This document shows, one piece after another, positions 12,354 to 26,428 of a DNA stretch of 64,000 bases; within the stretch, counting starts at the first letter, position 1, and each line of letters opens with the position of its first letter. Position numbers and translations under genes: made by a program. The DNA is from Malacoraja senta. Lineage: Eukaryota. The stretch covers positions 1,800,001 to 1,864,000 of the forward strand of contig CM075997.1 of NCBI GenBank assembly GCA_038087875.1, given 5' to 3'. The notes below the pieces were generated by a model, which was not told where the DNA came from, did no database searches, and was given only the letters and a program-made list of their open reading frames with translations.

Positions 12354-14964
12354 TTAAGATACCGCTGATGTCCGATCTCACAAACCATGCACACTCCCTG
12401 CCTTGATTCAGATGGGTCTGAATCCCACTCGCTGCCGAGTCAATAAGAGCTTTAATGATAACTGAGACTGAATGTGTTGAGCAGGATGAAGCTTGCAGTC
12501 GGGATCTCCTCTCCCGCTGTGTGTTTGCTTAGCCGACTGTGTACCTACATTATTGCTGTTTGGTTGGAAGCCAGATCTCCTGGTGTTTTATAAATGGAGA
12601 ATTATTATCAGCCCCGCACAACATCTGCTGTGGAGGAGAAGCAGGGAAAATCTTTACGGCTTCTCGGGAGAAGCCCATCTCTCCCGATTTTCACTGATGG
12701 CTCCCCCTAATACAGGGGGCAGCCGCAACATGCTGGAGTAACAGCGGGTCAGGCAACATAGAAACATAGAAAATAGGTGCAGGAGAAGGCCATTCGGCCC
12801 TTCGAGCCCATTCAAGTTCAAGTCCGATTCTCATTGCATCGGGGAGTTTCTATGAATATCTCACTATTTCCAGTGAAATCCCAGGTGTATGTCACTGTTT
12901 ACAGGGTGACGTTTTCACGAGAGAGTTAGATTTAGCTCTTAGGGCTAACGGAATCACGGGATATGGGGGGGAAAGCAGGAACGGGGTACTGAAGAAGCTT
13001 CTCGACCCAAAACGTCACCCATTCCTTCTCTTCAGAAACGCTACCTGTCCCGCTGAGTTACTCCAGCTTTTTGCGTCTATATCACAGATTTTGGACGATC
13101 AGCCATGATCACATTGAATGGCAGTGCTGGCTCGAAGGGCCAAATGGCCTACTCATGCACCTATTGTCTATTGTCTATGACCATATTGAATGGCGGTGCT
13201 GGCTCGGGGCCGAATGGCCTACTCCTGCACCTATTGTCTATTGTCTATTGTCTATGACCATATTGAATGGCGGTGCTGGCTCGAAGGGCCAAATGGCCTA
13301 CTCCTGCACCTATTTTCTATGTTTCTATGTTGCTTGACCCGCTTGGAGTTACTCCAGCATTTTGCAGCTGCCCCCGTATTGAGTTGTGATCAGGAGGAGG
13401 CATCAGTGTGGAGTTTGCACGTTCTCCCTGTGACCGCGTGGGTTTTCTCCGGGTGCTCCGGTTTCCTCCCACACTCCAAAGGCGTGCAGGTTTGTAGGTT
13501 AATAGTCTTCTGTAAATGATCCCTAGTATTAGGGTAGAACTAGTGTACGGGGATTGCTGGTTAGAGGGGGCCGATGGGCCCATTTCAATAGACAATAGGT
13601 GCAGGAGTAGGCCATTCGGCCCTTCGAGCCAGCACCGCCGTATTTCCACGCAGCATCTCTGAAGTAAATTAATTAGTTTTAGTTTTGGTTACAATTGATG
13701 TGTTGGCACGGATCCTGGTTTCCCAGCAGTGTGTCGGTATCTTCTGGGAATTTCCTGCTGGATGTTAGTACACAGATAGTGAGAATGTTTTGGAATTTTA
13801 TAGGGAATTCTTTGGAGTGTGGAGGTAATTGTGGGGAGATGGGGAATTCCTAGGTGCTGATGTTTCCAGGGAGTTTGTGTGTGTGTGTTAATGTGAGTGT
13901 GTGCGAGAGTGTGTGCGTTAGATATTTCTATGTTTGCAAGACCATGTCAGTACCTTTACTTCAGAGATGCAGCGCAGAAACAGGCCCTTCGGCCCACCGA
14001 GTCTGTGCCGACCAGCAGTTCCCAACCCCCCCCCCCCCCCTCCCCGTACACTAGCATTATCCTACACACTAGGGGCAATTTACAATTTTGCAGAAACCAA
14101 TGAACCTACAAATCTGCACGTCTTTGGAGTGTGGGAGGAAACCGGATCACCAGGAGAAAACCCACGCAGGTCACAGGGAGAACATGCAAACTCCGTACAG
14201 ACAGCACCCGTAGTCAGGATTGAACTCGGGTCTGTGGCGCTGTAAGGCAGCAACTCCACCGCTGCACCACTGGGCCGCCACTATCGGGAGTTCCTGCAGA
14301 TGTGTCAGAATGAATTGGTCATGAGTCAGTATTTACATGGATTTACTGGGAAAGTGTCCATATCTATAGAGAGTATGTTTGTATGTACATGGAGTTCATC
14401 TCAGTCTGTTAGTATTGATAGGGACTTCCTTGGAGCATATCAGTTGCTAGTAGGAGTTCCAGTATGTATCAGTATTTATAGGATTTTCCCAAGGGCGTTA
14501 AGTACTGATCAGGTCTCCTGGGCTTTGTCAGAATTTGTTAGGAGTTATGAGGATTGTGTCAATATTTAGTTTAGTGTGTTTTACTATATAGTCACGTGTA
14601 CCGAGGTGCGGTGAAAAGCTTTTGTTGCGTGCTAACCAGTCAGCGGAAAGACAATACATGATTACAATCGAGCCGTCCACAGTGTACGGATACATGGGAG
14701 TTCTGAGCCTGTGTCAAGACTTACATGCGATTTTCTTTTACTGAGCGACACGGTGGCGCAGCGGTAGAGTTGCTGCCTCACAGCGCCAGAGACCCGGGTT
14801 CGATCCCGACTGCGGGTGCTGTCTGTACGGAGTTTGTACCTTCTCCCCGTGGCCTGCGTGGGTTTTCTGCGAGATCTTCGGTTTCCTCCCGCGCCCCAGA
14901 GACGTGCAGGTTTGTAGGATAATTGGCTTGGGTTTGTATATAGAGAGAGTACAAAGCAGATTTA

Positions 14965-15505
14965 CAAAATAGAGAGAGTACAGAGGAGATTTACTAGAAT
15001 GTTGCCTGGGTTTCAGCAACTAAGTTACAGAGAAAGGTTGAACAAGTTAGGTCTTTATTCTTTGGAGCGCAGAAGGTTAAGAGGGGACTTGATAGAGGTC
15101 TTTAAAATTATGAGCGGGTTAGACAGAGTGGACGTGGATAAGCTTTTCACATTGAGAGTAGGGAAGATTCAAACAAGGGGACATGACTTGAGAATTAAGG
15201 GACAGAAGTTTAGGGGGAACATTAGGGGGAACTTCTTTACTCAGAGAGTGGTAGCTGTGTGGAATGAGCTTCCAGTGGAAGTGGTGGAGGCAGGTTCGAT
15301 GTTATCCTTTAAAAATAGATTGGATTGGTATATGGACGGGAAAGGAATGGAGGGTTATGGTCTGAGTGCAGGTAGATGGGACTAGGGGGAAGTATTTATT
15401 TTTAATTAAAAAACTAAATTAAAAAATGTTCGGCACGGACTTGAAGGGCCGAGATGGCCTGTTTCCGTGCTGTTATGGTTATATGGTTATATATGGTTAT
15501 ATGGT
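14965..15505 (+). mobile_element. CR1 3' fragment nested in an HE1 SINE
   Basis: Same family as 3990-4750; ORF 14999-15385. Confidence 0.9.
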
Positions 15506-16614
15506 ATCAGTGTAAAGTGACCCTAATGTGTGTGTAGGCTAGTGTTAGTGTGCGGGGATCGCTGGTCAGCACGGACTCGGTGGGTTGAAAGGCCTGTTTC
15601 CGCGCTGTATCTCTAAACTTTACTAAACTAAACTGAACAGGTGTGTCAGTCGTTGCATAGAACGTGTTGGTATTTGCAGGGAACCCCCAGGACTGTTTCA
15701 GTACTTCTTGTGAGATCCCAGAGTGTGTCAATATTTTCTGAATGTTCCAAGAAGTAGGAGCATCCGTAGAAGTTTGTGCGTAGAAGTGAGCATGAGTCAG
15801 CATTTGCATGGAATCCCTGGTAATATGGCGATTTTTTTTGTTTGGAGTTTCCCTTAAACCCCAGTCTCCTGCCTTCTCCCCATATCCCCTGACACCCGTA
15901 CTAATCAAGAATCTATCTATCTCTGCTTTAAAAATATCCACTGACTTGGCCTCCACAGCCTTCTGTGGCATTGAATTCCACAGATTCACCACCCTCTGGC
16001 TAAAGAAATCCCTCCTCATCTACTTTCTAAAGGAAATGCTTAAGAAGGAACTGCAGATGCTGGAAAAAATCGAAGGTAGACAAAAATGCTGGAGAAACTC
16101 AGCGGGTGAGGCAGCATCTATCAGTTCTTCCGACTGAAGAAGGGTCTCGACCCGAAACATCACCTATTTCCTTCGCTCCATAGATGCTGCCTCACCCGCT
16201 GAGTTTCTCCAGCATTTTTGTCTATCTCCTTTCTAAAGGAACATCCTTTTATTCTGAGGCTGTGCCCTCTGGTCCTAGACTCTCCCACTTGTGTACATAT
16301 CCTCTCCACGTCCACTCTATCCAGGCCTTTCACTATTCGGTAAGTTGTCGCAAGTCCCAGACAGAACAATGAAATAATTGTGGGATATTTAAAGATGACT
16401 TAATTTTAAGGCTTTGCTGGGATGTGTGGTGACTGATGGGATTTTCCCCGCGGAACAAGGAACAGACAACTGCGTTTCATAAAGTCATGCAGAGGCATAG
16501 AGTGATACAGCGTAGAAACAGGCCCTTCAGCCCAACTTGCCCACACCGGCCAACCTGTCCCATTTACACTAGTCCCACCTGCGTGCATTTGGCCCATATC
16601 CCTCTAATCCCTCT

Positions 16615-17360
16615 AAGGAACTGCAGATGCTGGAAAATCGAAGGCGGATAAAAATGCTGGAGAAACTCAGCGGGTGCGGCAGCATCCGTGGAGCGAAGGA
16701 AATAGGCAACGTTTCAGGCCGAAACCCTGAAGGAAATAGGCAACGTTTCAGGCCAAAACCCTGAAGGAAATAGGCAACGTTTCGGGCTGAAACCCTGAAG
16801 GAAATAGGCAACGTTTCAGGCCGAAACCCTGAAGGAAATAGGCAACGTTTCAGGCCGAAACCCTGAAGGAAATAGGCAATGTTTCAGGCCGAAACCCTGA
16901 AGGAAATAGGCAACGTTTCAGGCCGAAACCCTGAAGGAAATAGGCAACGTTTCAGGCCGAAACCCTGAAGGAATTAGGCAAACGTTTCAGGCCGAAACCC
17001 TGAAGGAAATAGGCAACGTTTCAGGCCGAAACCCTGAAGGAAATAGGCAACGTTTCAGGCCGAAAACCTGAAGGAAATAGGCAACGTTTCAGGCCGAAAC
17101 CCTGAAGGAAATAGGCAACGTTACAGGCCGAAACCCTGAAGGAAATAGGCAACGTTTCGGGCCGAAACCCTGAAGGAAATAGGCAACGTTTCGGGCCGAA
17201 ACCCTGAAGGAAATAGGCAACGTTTCAGGCCGAAACCCTGAAGGAAATAGGCAACGTTTCGGGCCGAAACCCTTCCGGGTTTCGTCCCGAAACGTTGCCT
17301 ATTTCCTTCGCTCCATAGATGCTGCCGCACCCGCTGAGTTTCTCCAGCATTTTTATCTAC
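16615..17360. repeat. Penelope-terminus foldback with an internal 34-bp minisatellite (~17 units)
   Basis: Unit CCCTGAAGGAAATAGGCAACGTTTCRGGCCGAAA between inverted arms. Confidence 0.9.
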
Positions 17361-18424
17361 TATCCATGCACCTGTCTAATTGTTTCTTAAACGTTGGGAT
17401 AAATCCCTGCCTCAACTACCTCATTCCACCACCCATTGCGTGAAAAAGTTACCCCTTATTAAATCTTTTGCCACCCCCACCCCCCCCCCCCCATCACCTT
17501 AAACCTATGTCCTCCGGTTCTCGATTCCCCTACTCTGGGCAAGAGACTCTGTGCAGTAAATCGACCCGATCTACTCCTCTCGTGACAGAATACACATCTT
17601 TAAGATCAGAAGGTTGTCTTTATTTGCAGCTTGTTCTGGGCATATGCCACCATTCAAACAGAGTCCCCAAGTGTGTGTGTGTCAATGTGTCAGTATTTAC
17701 AGTGGGCTCCCAGGGGGGATGTCAGTGTTAAAAGTAAGTTTCAGAAAGCATGTCGGTGTTTATAGAGAAATTTGGGGTGTTTGCCTGTACCTACAGAACG
17801 TTTCTGTGGCAGTGTCAGTATTCGCAGTATTTAGAATGGTGATGAAGAGGAATTTCTTTAGCCAGAGGGTGGTGAATCTGGTGAATTCAATATCGCAGAC
17901 GGCTGTGGACGGCCAAGCCATTGGGTATTTTTTAAAGTGGAGATACTTAGGTTCTTGATTAGTAAGGGCGTCACGGGTTAGAGGAAAGAGACATGGGGAA
18001 CGGGGTTGAGAGAGAAAAATAGATCACCCATGAATGAATGGTGGAGCTAGCTCGATGGGCCGAATGGCCTAATTCTGTTCCTTGTCTTAGGGACGAGCAT
18101 AGGGGCGGCAAGAGTGGCGTAAGTCTAGAGTTGCTGCCACACAGCGCCGGGGACCCGCGTTCGGCCGCTGTCTGTACGGAGTTTGCACGTTCTCCCCGTG
18201 ACCTGCGTGGGTTTTCTCCGGGTGCTCCGGTTTCCCCCCACACTCCAAAGACGTGCAGGTTTGTCGGCTAATTGGCATCAGTAAAATTGTAAATCGTCCC
18301 TAGTGTGTGTAGGATAGTGTGAGCGAGCGCGCGGATCGCTGTTCGGCGCGGAGCTGGAGGGCTGAAGGGCCTGTTACCGCGCTGTATCGCTAAACTAAAC
18401 TCAAAATGTAGGTGTACCTTGACA

Positions 18425-18835
18425 ACAGACAATAGACAATAGACAATAGGTGCAGGAGTAGGCCATTCGGCCCTTCGAGCCAGCACCGCCATTCAATGTG
18501 ATCGTGGCTGATCATCCCCAATCAGTACCCCGTTCCTGCCTTCTCCCCATATCCCCTGACTCCGCTATTTTTAAGAGCCCTATCTAGCTCTCTCTTGAAA
18601 GCATCCAGAGAACCCGCCTCCACCGCCCTCTGAGGCAGAGAATTCCACAGACTCACAACTCTCTGTGAGAAAAAGTGTTTCCTCGTCTCCGTTCAAAATG
18701 GCTTACCCCTTATTCTTAAACTGTGTGGCCCCTGGTTCTGGACTCCCCCAACATCGGGAACATGTTTCCTGCCTCCAGCGTGTCCAAGCCCTTAACAATC
18801 TTATATGTTTCAATGAGATCCCCACTCATCCTTGA
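18425..18835 (-). mobile_element. CR1 3' fragment
   Basis: Conserved CR1 tail GGCTCGAAGGGCCGAATGGCCTACTCCTGCACC with (TATTGTC)n. Confidence 0.85.
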
Positions 18836-20050
18836 GTAGCACAGTGGATCCCGGCACTTTGTGTTAGACTAATACACTTCTGGGAGTTACTTGGATTACA
18901 CGAGAGTGTGTCAGTAGTTAGTGTTCAGGTGTGCCTTGTCATAAATAGAGAGTCCCTGCGTATCTGCTGGTATCCATAAGGAATACCCAGTCCTACATCA
19001 GTATTTCTGGAGTATCCCAGGAGAAAGCCAATGGATACAGGGAGTTTCTGGATGTGTGGCAGGGTACTTCATGATACTCTCGGTAATATTTTACACACTT
19101 TCAGGGAGTTCCCTGGAATGTGCCTGTATTGATTGGCCTTGGGAAATATTCCCATGTTTACTAGCATTTATTGGGAATTTTGTTGTCAGAATTCATTCAA
19201 CGTTGCCAGGAATGTGTCAATCTTCAGAGGGAGATCCCAATCATCTCTTTGTGCGGGAAGGAACTGCAGGTGTTGGTTTAAACTGAAGATGGACTCAAAA
19301 TGCTGGAGTAACTCGGCGGGACAGGCAGCATCTCTGGAGAGAAGGAATGGGTGACCCTTCTTGAGACACTTCCTTATCTCTACTTCCCCTCTCCCCTGAA
19401 TCTCAGTCTGAAGAAGGGTCTCGACCCGAAACGTCACCCGTTCCTTCTCTCCAGAGATGCTGCCTGTCCCGCTGAGTTACTCCAGCATTTTGTGTCTACC
19501 TTCCCAATAAGTTATTTCACTACGTCTGGTACTTTTCACACTAACTGGACCTGAAACGTTGCCTATCCGTGTTCTCCAGGGTTGTTGCCTGCCCTGTTGA
19601 GTTACTCAGGCACTGTGTGTCTATCTTTTATATATGGTTCACTGGTTAGTGACAATATTTAGAGGCAGTTCCCTGGCCTGCGTAACGATTTAGTGCATTT
19701 ACTGCGTGCGTGTCATGTGGACGTCCTGTGGAGTGAGACAGTATTAAATCGGAGTTTAATTTAGAGATACAGCGTGGAAACAGGCCCTTCGGCCCACCGA
19801 GTCCGCGCCGACCAGCGATCCCCGCACACTAACACACGAGCCCACGCACACTCGGGACAGTTTACACTTTGACCATGCATAGAAACCCAAGCCAATCAAC
19901 CTGCAAACCCGTACGTCTTTGGATTGTGGGAGGAAACCGAAGATCTCGGAGAAAACCCACGCAGGTCACGGGGAGAACGTACAAACTCCGTACAGACAAG
20001 CGCCCGTTGTCAGGGTCGAACCCGGGTCTCTGGCGCTGCAAGCGCTGTAA

Positions 20051-20249
20051 AGGGCCTGTCCCACTTACGTGATTTTTTTGTCGGCGACTTGCCGGCACCC
20101 GTCATAGTCGCAGCAGGTAGCCGAAAATGTTCAACATGTTGAAAACCCAGCGGCGACCAGAAAAAGGGTACGACTCTTTGGGGGCGACTACTCACGACCA
20201 TACAGGCGTCACCCCGCGACACTTAATCCAAGATTGTGGGGCAGGCCCT
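20051..20249. mobile_element. PIF/Harbinger-like MITE inserted in an HE1 SINE head
   Basis: TIR AGGGCCTG(T/C)CCCAC, perfect TAA TSD at 20048-20050 and 20250-20252. Confidence 0.8.
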
Positions 20250-21842
20250 TAAGGCAGCAGTTTCAGCCGGCGCCAGCATTTGTGGGGAGTTTCTTGGTGT
20301 TTACAGGGAATTCCTGGGAGTGTGCAGTATTTATGAGGATTTCCTGATTGTTTATCGGAAGTAACAGGTTTCCAGGAGTGTATCGGTTTTGATGGGGATT
20401 CCCTACGTGTGTTACTACTTACAAGGGATCGCTCGTGTTGTACCATTGTTCAGTTTAAAGGAGATGTCCGGGGCAAGATATTTTGTGGAGCGTGGTGAGT
20501 GCCTGGAACGCACGGTGGTGGAGGAGGAGGAGGCAGATATGATCGAGGTGTTTGAGAGGCGTTTAGATAGGCACCTGGATATACAGGGAATGGAGGGATA
20601 TGGATCACACACGAGCAGATGAGATTAGTTTATCTTGGTATCAGGATCGGCACAGATATTGTAGGCCGAAAGGCCTGTACGGAGTTTGTATGTTCTCCCC
20701 GTGACCCCGTGGGGTTTTCTCCGAGATCTCCGGTTTCCTCCCACACTCCAAAGACGTGCAGGTTTGTAGGTTAATTGGCTTCTGCAAATGGTCAAGTCAA
20801 GTCAAGTCACTTTTATTTCTATAGCACATTTAAAAAACAACTCTCGTTGGCCAAAGTGCTTTACATTGGTGGAGATACTGACGTTATACAACAGTGGTTC
20901 ATAGATGGTTCCCGAGTGTGAAAGGTAGAACTAGGGTACGGGTGATCATTAGTTGAAGGCCCCCAATTCCACGCGGTGTGTCTGAACTGAACTGAACCAA
21001 AAAATGTATATGGTGTTCCTGAGAATGTCAATATTTACTGGGAATTCTTGGGAGTCTGACAGTATTCAATTGGACTTCCCAGACTCAGAAAGAGGAAGGG
21101 TGTCAAAGGTTACGGGGTCAAGGCAGGGGAATGGGCTTGAGAGGGAAAAATAGATCAGCCATGATTGAATGGTGGAGTAGACTGAATGGCCTAATTCTGC
21201 TCCTATGTTTTATGATCTGATGGTAAGATGTTCTCAGGAGTTTGTGGGCATCTTAGAGAGAATCCGGGTAAATATCAGCAAATATTATGGAATTCCTGGG
21301 AGTTTTCAGTGTTAATTTGCAGCTGAGCGAATGTGCTCCTGTTTGTAGCAAGTTCCCAAGAGTGTTTTGTATGTGTATATGGGGCGGAACTGCAGATGCT
21401 GGTTTACACCGAAGATAGATACAAAAAGCTAGAGTAACTCAGCTGGGTGGCACATTGGTGGCGCAGCGGTAGAGTTGCTGCCTTCAGCGCCAGAGACCTG
21501 GGTTCGATCCTGACTACGGGTGCTGTCTGTACATTCTCCCACGTGGACTTTCTCCGGAGAAAAGGAATAGGTGACATTTCAGGTGGAGATCCTTAAATTT
21601 GCTGAGTGTGTCAGTGCAGAGAGAATGTTTCCTGCAGTTTATCACCATGATTGCCTGACATTCCTGGGAATGGGTCAATATTTACAAGGAGATCCCAGAT
21701 GCGTGTCTTGGGAAGTTTTCTTGGGAATGTGACACTATTTATAGCGGGTTCCTTTGGAGTGTGTCAGCTGAGAATTTCCAAAAGTGTGTCAGTATTTTTA
21801 CAGGAAACTCCCTGGATGTTCATCTTCAATATCTCATTGAAA

Positions 21843-23570
21843 CATAGATACATAGATACATAGAAAATAGGTGCAGGAGTAGGCCATTCGGCCCTTCGAG
21901 CCTGCACCGCTATACAATATGATCATGGCTGATCATCCAACTCAGTATCCCGTACCTGCCTTCTCTCCATACCCCCTGATCCCTTTAGCCACAAGGGCCA
22001 CATCTAACTCCCTCTTAAATATAGCCAATGAACTGGCCTCAACTACCCTCTGTGGCAGAGAGTTCCAGAGATTCACCACTCTCTGTGTGAAAAAGTTTTT
22101 TCTCATCTCCGTTCTTACCTTTCCAACCGTTCCCACTTCATCTCTCTCCACAACCACACCTCTGCCACAGCCACTGTCACTCAAGGCGTTCCCCAAGGCT
22201 CCGTTCTTGGTCCCCTCCTCTTCATCATCTACATCCTCCCCCTTGGTCATATACTCCGTCACTTCAAACTGGACTTCCACTGCTATGCTGATGACACCCA
22301 GATCTATCTCAGCACCAAGTCCCCCCACCACCCCCCTCTCTCCCATATCAACTCCTGCCTGTCAGCCATCAAATCTTGGATGCAACTCAACTTCCTTAAA
22401 TTAAACAGTAGCAAAACAGAATTTCTCCTCATTGGCTCCAAATCAACACTCACTAAAATCAACAACCCCACTCTCACTATCGACGGCACCACTGTCTCCC
22501 CATCTCCTCAGGCACGCAACCTTGGCGTGATCCTTGACTCAACCCTCTCCCTTGAGCCTCACATCCGCCATGTTGTCAAAACATCATTTTTTCACCTCTG
22601 CAACATTGCAAAAATCAGATCCTCTCTCACACCCCCCGCTGCTGAAAGACTCATCCATGCCTTCATCTCCTCCCGACTGGACTACTGTAACTCTCTTCTT
22701 TTCGGAATCAATTCCAGCAGCATCAAACGACTCCAACTGGTCCAGAATGCAGCCGCCCGACTCATCACCCACACCAACTCCTGGCACCACATCACCCCAG
22801 TTCTCAAAGAACTTCACTGGCTTCCCATTTCCCACCGGATCACCTACAAAATCCTGGTCCTCACCTACAAAGCCCTCAACAACCTGGCCCCCCCTTATCT
22901 CATTGACCTCCTCTCCCCCTACCAACCCTCACGGTCCCTCAGATCCACATCAGCTGGTCTCCTCTCCACTCCGAATTCAAACCTCTGCACTTTTGGAGGC
23001 AGAGCCTTCTCCAGGGCAGCTCCCAGGCTCTGGAATTCCCTCCCACAACCGGTCCGAAATTCTGAGTCCCTCACCATCTTCCAGTCCCGCCTCAAGACCC
23101 ATCTCTTCACCTCTGCATACCCTTAGTCCCATGTTCCCCTCCCCTCTGTCTTACTGCTCTATTTTGTTTTGTTTATTCCTGACTCTCAATTGTAAAGCGA
23201 CTTTGAGTCCTGAAAAGCGCTATATAAAATAAATCTATTATTATTATTATTATTATCTCGGTCTTAAAGGATTTCCCCCTTATCCTTAAGCTGTGACCCC
23301 TTGTCCTGGACTTCCCCAACATCGGGAACAATCTTCCTGCATCTAGCCTGTCCAACCCCATAAGAATTTTGTACGTTTCTATAAGATCCCCTCTCAATCT
23401 CCTAAATTCTAGCGAGTATAAGCCAAGTCTATCCAGTCTTTCTTCATATGAAAGTCCTGACATCCCAGGAATCAGTCTGGTGAACCTTCTCTGCACTCCC
23501 TCTATGGCTATAATGTCCTTCCTCAGATTTGGAGACCAAAACTGTACGCAATACTCCAGGTGTGGTCTCA
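21843..23570 (-). mobile_element. CR1 3' fragment split by an L2 insertion
   Basis: CR1 sequence stops at ~22110 and resumes at ~23255. Confidence 0.8.
22108..23255 (+). mobile_element. 5'-truncated L2-clade LINE with an open RT/C-terminal frame
   Basis: QGSVLGP, YADD, SRLDYCN, QLVQNAAAR, HWLP motifs; stop at 23126; (ATT)n tail; same family as 1030-1960. Confidence 0.9.
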
Positions 23571-23949
23571 TATAAGATTGTTAAGGGTTTGGACACGCTA
23601 GAGGCAGGAAACATGTTCCCGATGTTGGGGGAGTCCAGAACCAGGGGCCACACACAGTTTAAGAATAAGGAGTAAGCCATTTAGAACGGAGACGAGGAAA
23701 CACTTTTTCTCACAGAGAGTGGTGAGTCTGTGGAATTCTCTGCCTCAGAGGGCGGTGGAGGCCGGTTCTCTGGATGTTTTCAAGAGAGAGCTAGATAGGG
23801 CTCTTAAAGATAGTGGAGTCAGGGGATATGGGGAGAAGGCAGGAACGGGGTACTGATTGGGGATGATCAGCCATGATCACATTGAATGGCGGTGCTGGCA
23901 TGAAGGGCCGAATGGCCTCCTCCTGCACCTATTGTCTGTTGTCTATTGT

Positions 23950-24125
23950 AATAGTAGTAGTAGCCCCCCCGTCGGTCATGACTGACCATGGGTGATACAT
24001 CCTAGTTGTTGGCTGCTGGCTCCAAACCTCGGCTGGAGCAGCGTCGCTCGTGGCTGAAGAGACCAACGCGGGAATGACAGTCTCTATGGCAAAGGTCACA
24101 TTTGTGTGTGTGTGTGGTCTGTGGT
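23950..24125 (-). mobile_element. RTE-clade LINE 3' end
   Basis: Minus strand reads LCHRDCHSRVGLFSHERRC (C-terminal Cys/His motif), with a (TAC)n tail. Confidence 0.6.
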
Positions 24126-24892
24126 TAGTTGAAGTTGCTGCGCTCCATTCTGCGCGCCCGCTTCTGTCCTGGGCCTCCTCCACTGCCAGAGTGTGGATAC
24201 ACCACAAACCTCTGCCTTCATCAGTTTCTCTTCCCCCGTTTTGAGATGTTGGTTCAGGGTACCTCTCCACCTCGTGCGGTCAGCTGGAGGCTCTCCCAGG
24301 ACTCCACATCGACGTCGAGCGCTTTAATAGTGATAGGAACAAAATTAGGCCATTTGGCCCATTAAGTCTACTCCGCCATTTAATCACGGCTCATCTATCG
24401 ACCATGGACACAAAATGCTGGGGCAACTCAGCGGGTCAGGCATCATCTCTGGAGAGAAGGAATGGGTGACGTTTCGGGTCGAGACCCCTCTTCAGACCCA
24501 TCTCGACCCGAAACGTCACCCATTCCTTCTCTCCAGAGATGCTGCCTGTCCCGCTGAGTTACTCCAGCATTTTGTGTCCATCTTCGGTATAAACCAGCAT
24601 CTGCAGTTCCTTCCTACACATGGCTGATCTCTTTCCCTCTTTTCTCCTGCCTTCTCTCCCCATATCCCCATTTTGTCAGCATTTACTGGAGTCTGTTAGC
24701 ATTTCCATGGAGTTCCCAGTGGGATTGTTGATATTTACAGGGATTTCCCGGGAGCACATCAGTATTTAATGAGAGCTGGCAGTATCGTCAGTATTAATTG
24801 GGGGGGCTTCCCAAGAACGTGTCAGTATTTAATGCGAGACCGTCACAGATTATCAATATCTATAGGGAGTTTATGGGTGGTGTAACTCCTTA

Positions 24893-25308
24893 CGAGCCTG
24901 TCCCACTTTCACGACTTAATTCAAAACCTCTGCCGAGTTTAAAGGACCTAAAAACAAAATCAAGATCGTGGTGACCTACGAACTCCTATGACCTTCCACA
25001 ACTATGTTCACGAACTCCTACGAGTATGTCTACGAATTCCCACCACTATTTCGATGCCCTCCTTACGAGTAAAAAGTTGCAATTTCTTTCAGCCCGACCA
25101 TTTTTTTTACTGGTGGACATTTTTTATCGGGCTGTAAAAAAACGTCTCGACTTACCTGATGTACGTACGGCTGGCGTAACGAGCCGCTACGGTATATCTA
25201 CGGACTTCTACGACCTCCTACGGCCTCGTTACGAACATTCTGCGAGTTTGAATCAAGGGGAAAACTCGGGAGAATTCGTGAATAACTCGGGAAAGTGGGA
25301 CAGGCCCT
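24893..25308. mobile_element. PIF/Harbinger-like MITE
   Basis: GCCTGTCCCACTTTC...GAAAGTGGGACAGGC TIRs with TTA on both flanks. Confidence 0.8.
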
Positions 25309-26428
25309 TTAAGGAGAGTTCCCAGGAGTGTGTCAGTACGTTGAGGAATTTATTCACTATTTACGGGGAGTTCCCGTGAGAGGGTCCCTAGATGTACAAG
25401 AATTTTCCAGGAAAACAAGCAATAGTTTCGATTTATCCAACACTTACACTCAGTCCATCAAAGCCTACTGGATCTCCCTGTTGCAAACCGTCTTGACTCC
25501 CCTTCCCATTCCCACACTGACCTTTCTGTCCTGGGCCTCCTCCACTGCCAGAGTGTGGATACACCACAAACTGGAGGAACAGCGCCTCATATTCCGAAGG
25601 TAGACACAGAAAGCTGCCAATTTTACCAAAAGCCAATTAATCTACAAACCTGTACGTCTTCGGAGTGCGGGGGGAAACCGGAGCGCCCGGAGAAAACCCA
25701 CGCAGGTCACGGGGAGAGCGCACCAACTCCGTACCGACAGCACCCGTAGTCAGGATCGAACCGGGGTCTCTGGCGCCGTGAGGCAGCAACTCTATTCCCT
25801 GGTGCCCATCGGTAATTGCGGGGGAGCGTTTGTTAGCGTGTCTGTTTCCATCGAGACCTCCCGGGAGAGAGAGAGAGAGAGTGAGTGAATATGTGGTTCT
25901 TGAGAGAGTGTCAGCATTTATCACCAGCGACTGACATCAGTGTCGACGTTTAGGGGGGGGAGTTCCTGGGATTGTGTCAAAATTTTCTGCGGGAGTTTCT
26001 GTGAAAGTGTCTCATTATTTACAGTGTGAGGTTGTCAGTATTTACAGGGTGTTCCCAAGAGTGTGTCAGCGTTTGTAATGCGATCCCTGGAGTGGTGTAG
26101 TATTTTATAGGGCATATCTAGAACGGTGTCAGTATTTATGGGGGCGTAACTTGGAATGCTTTACTAATTATGGTCAGCGTTCCCCTTCCGATCACAAGTT
26201 CCTGGGAGCGTGCCAGTATTTGGAGGGCGATCCAAGGTCAGTGTGCATGTGTCGGGATTTATTGGGCAGTCTGGGGGACTGTGCCCTTAATGACTGAGTG
26301 GCAGCAGGAGTGCATCCGTACTTCCAGCCAGGAATCGGCTGGGAATTCCTGTGGATTTGTGGAATTCCCTGCCACAGTGGGCAGTGGAGGCCAAATCACT
26401 GGACGGATTTAAGAGAGAGAGAGAGATA

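Noticed and set aside
14748..14815. tRNA genes at A/B-box sequences
   Set aside because: All continue into the HE1 SINE body, so they are SINE heads
16694..17272. 34-bp repeats resembling a CRISPR array
   Set aside because: Units are contiguous with no unique spacers, there are no cas genes, and the context is vertebrate; the unit derives from the Penelope terminus
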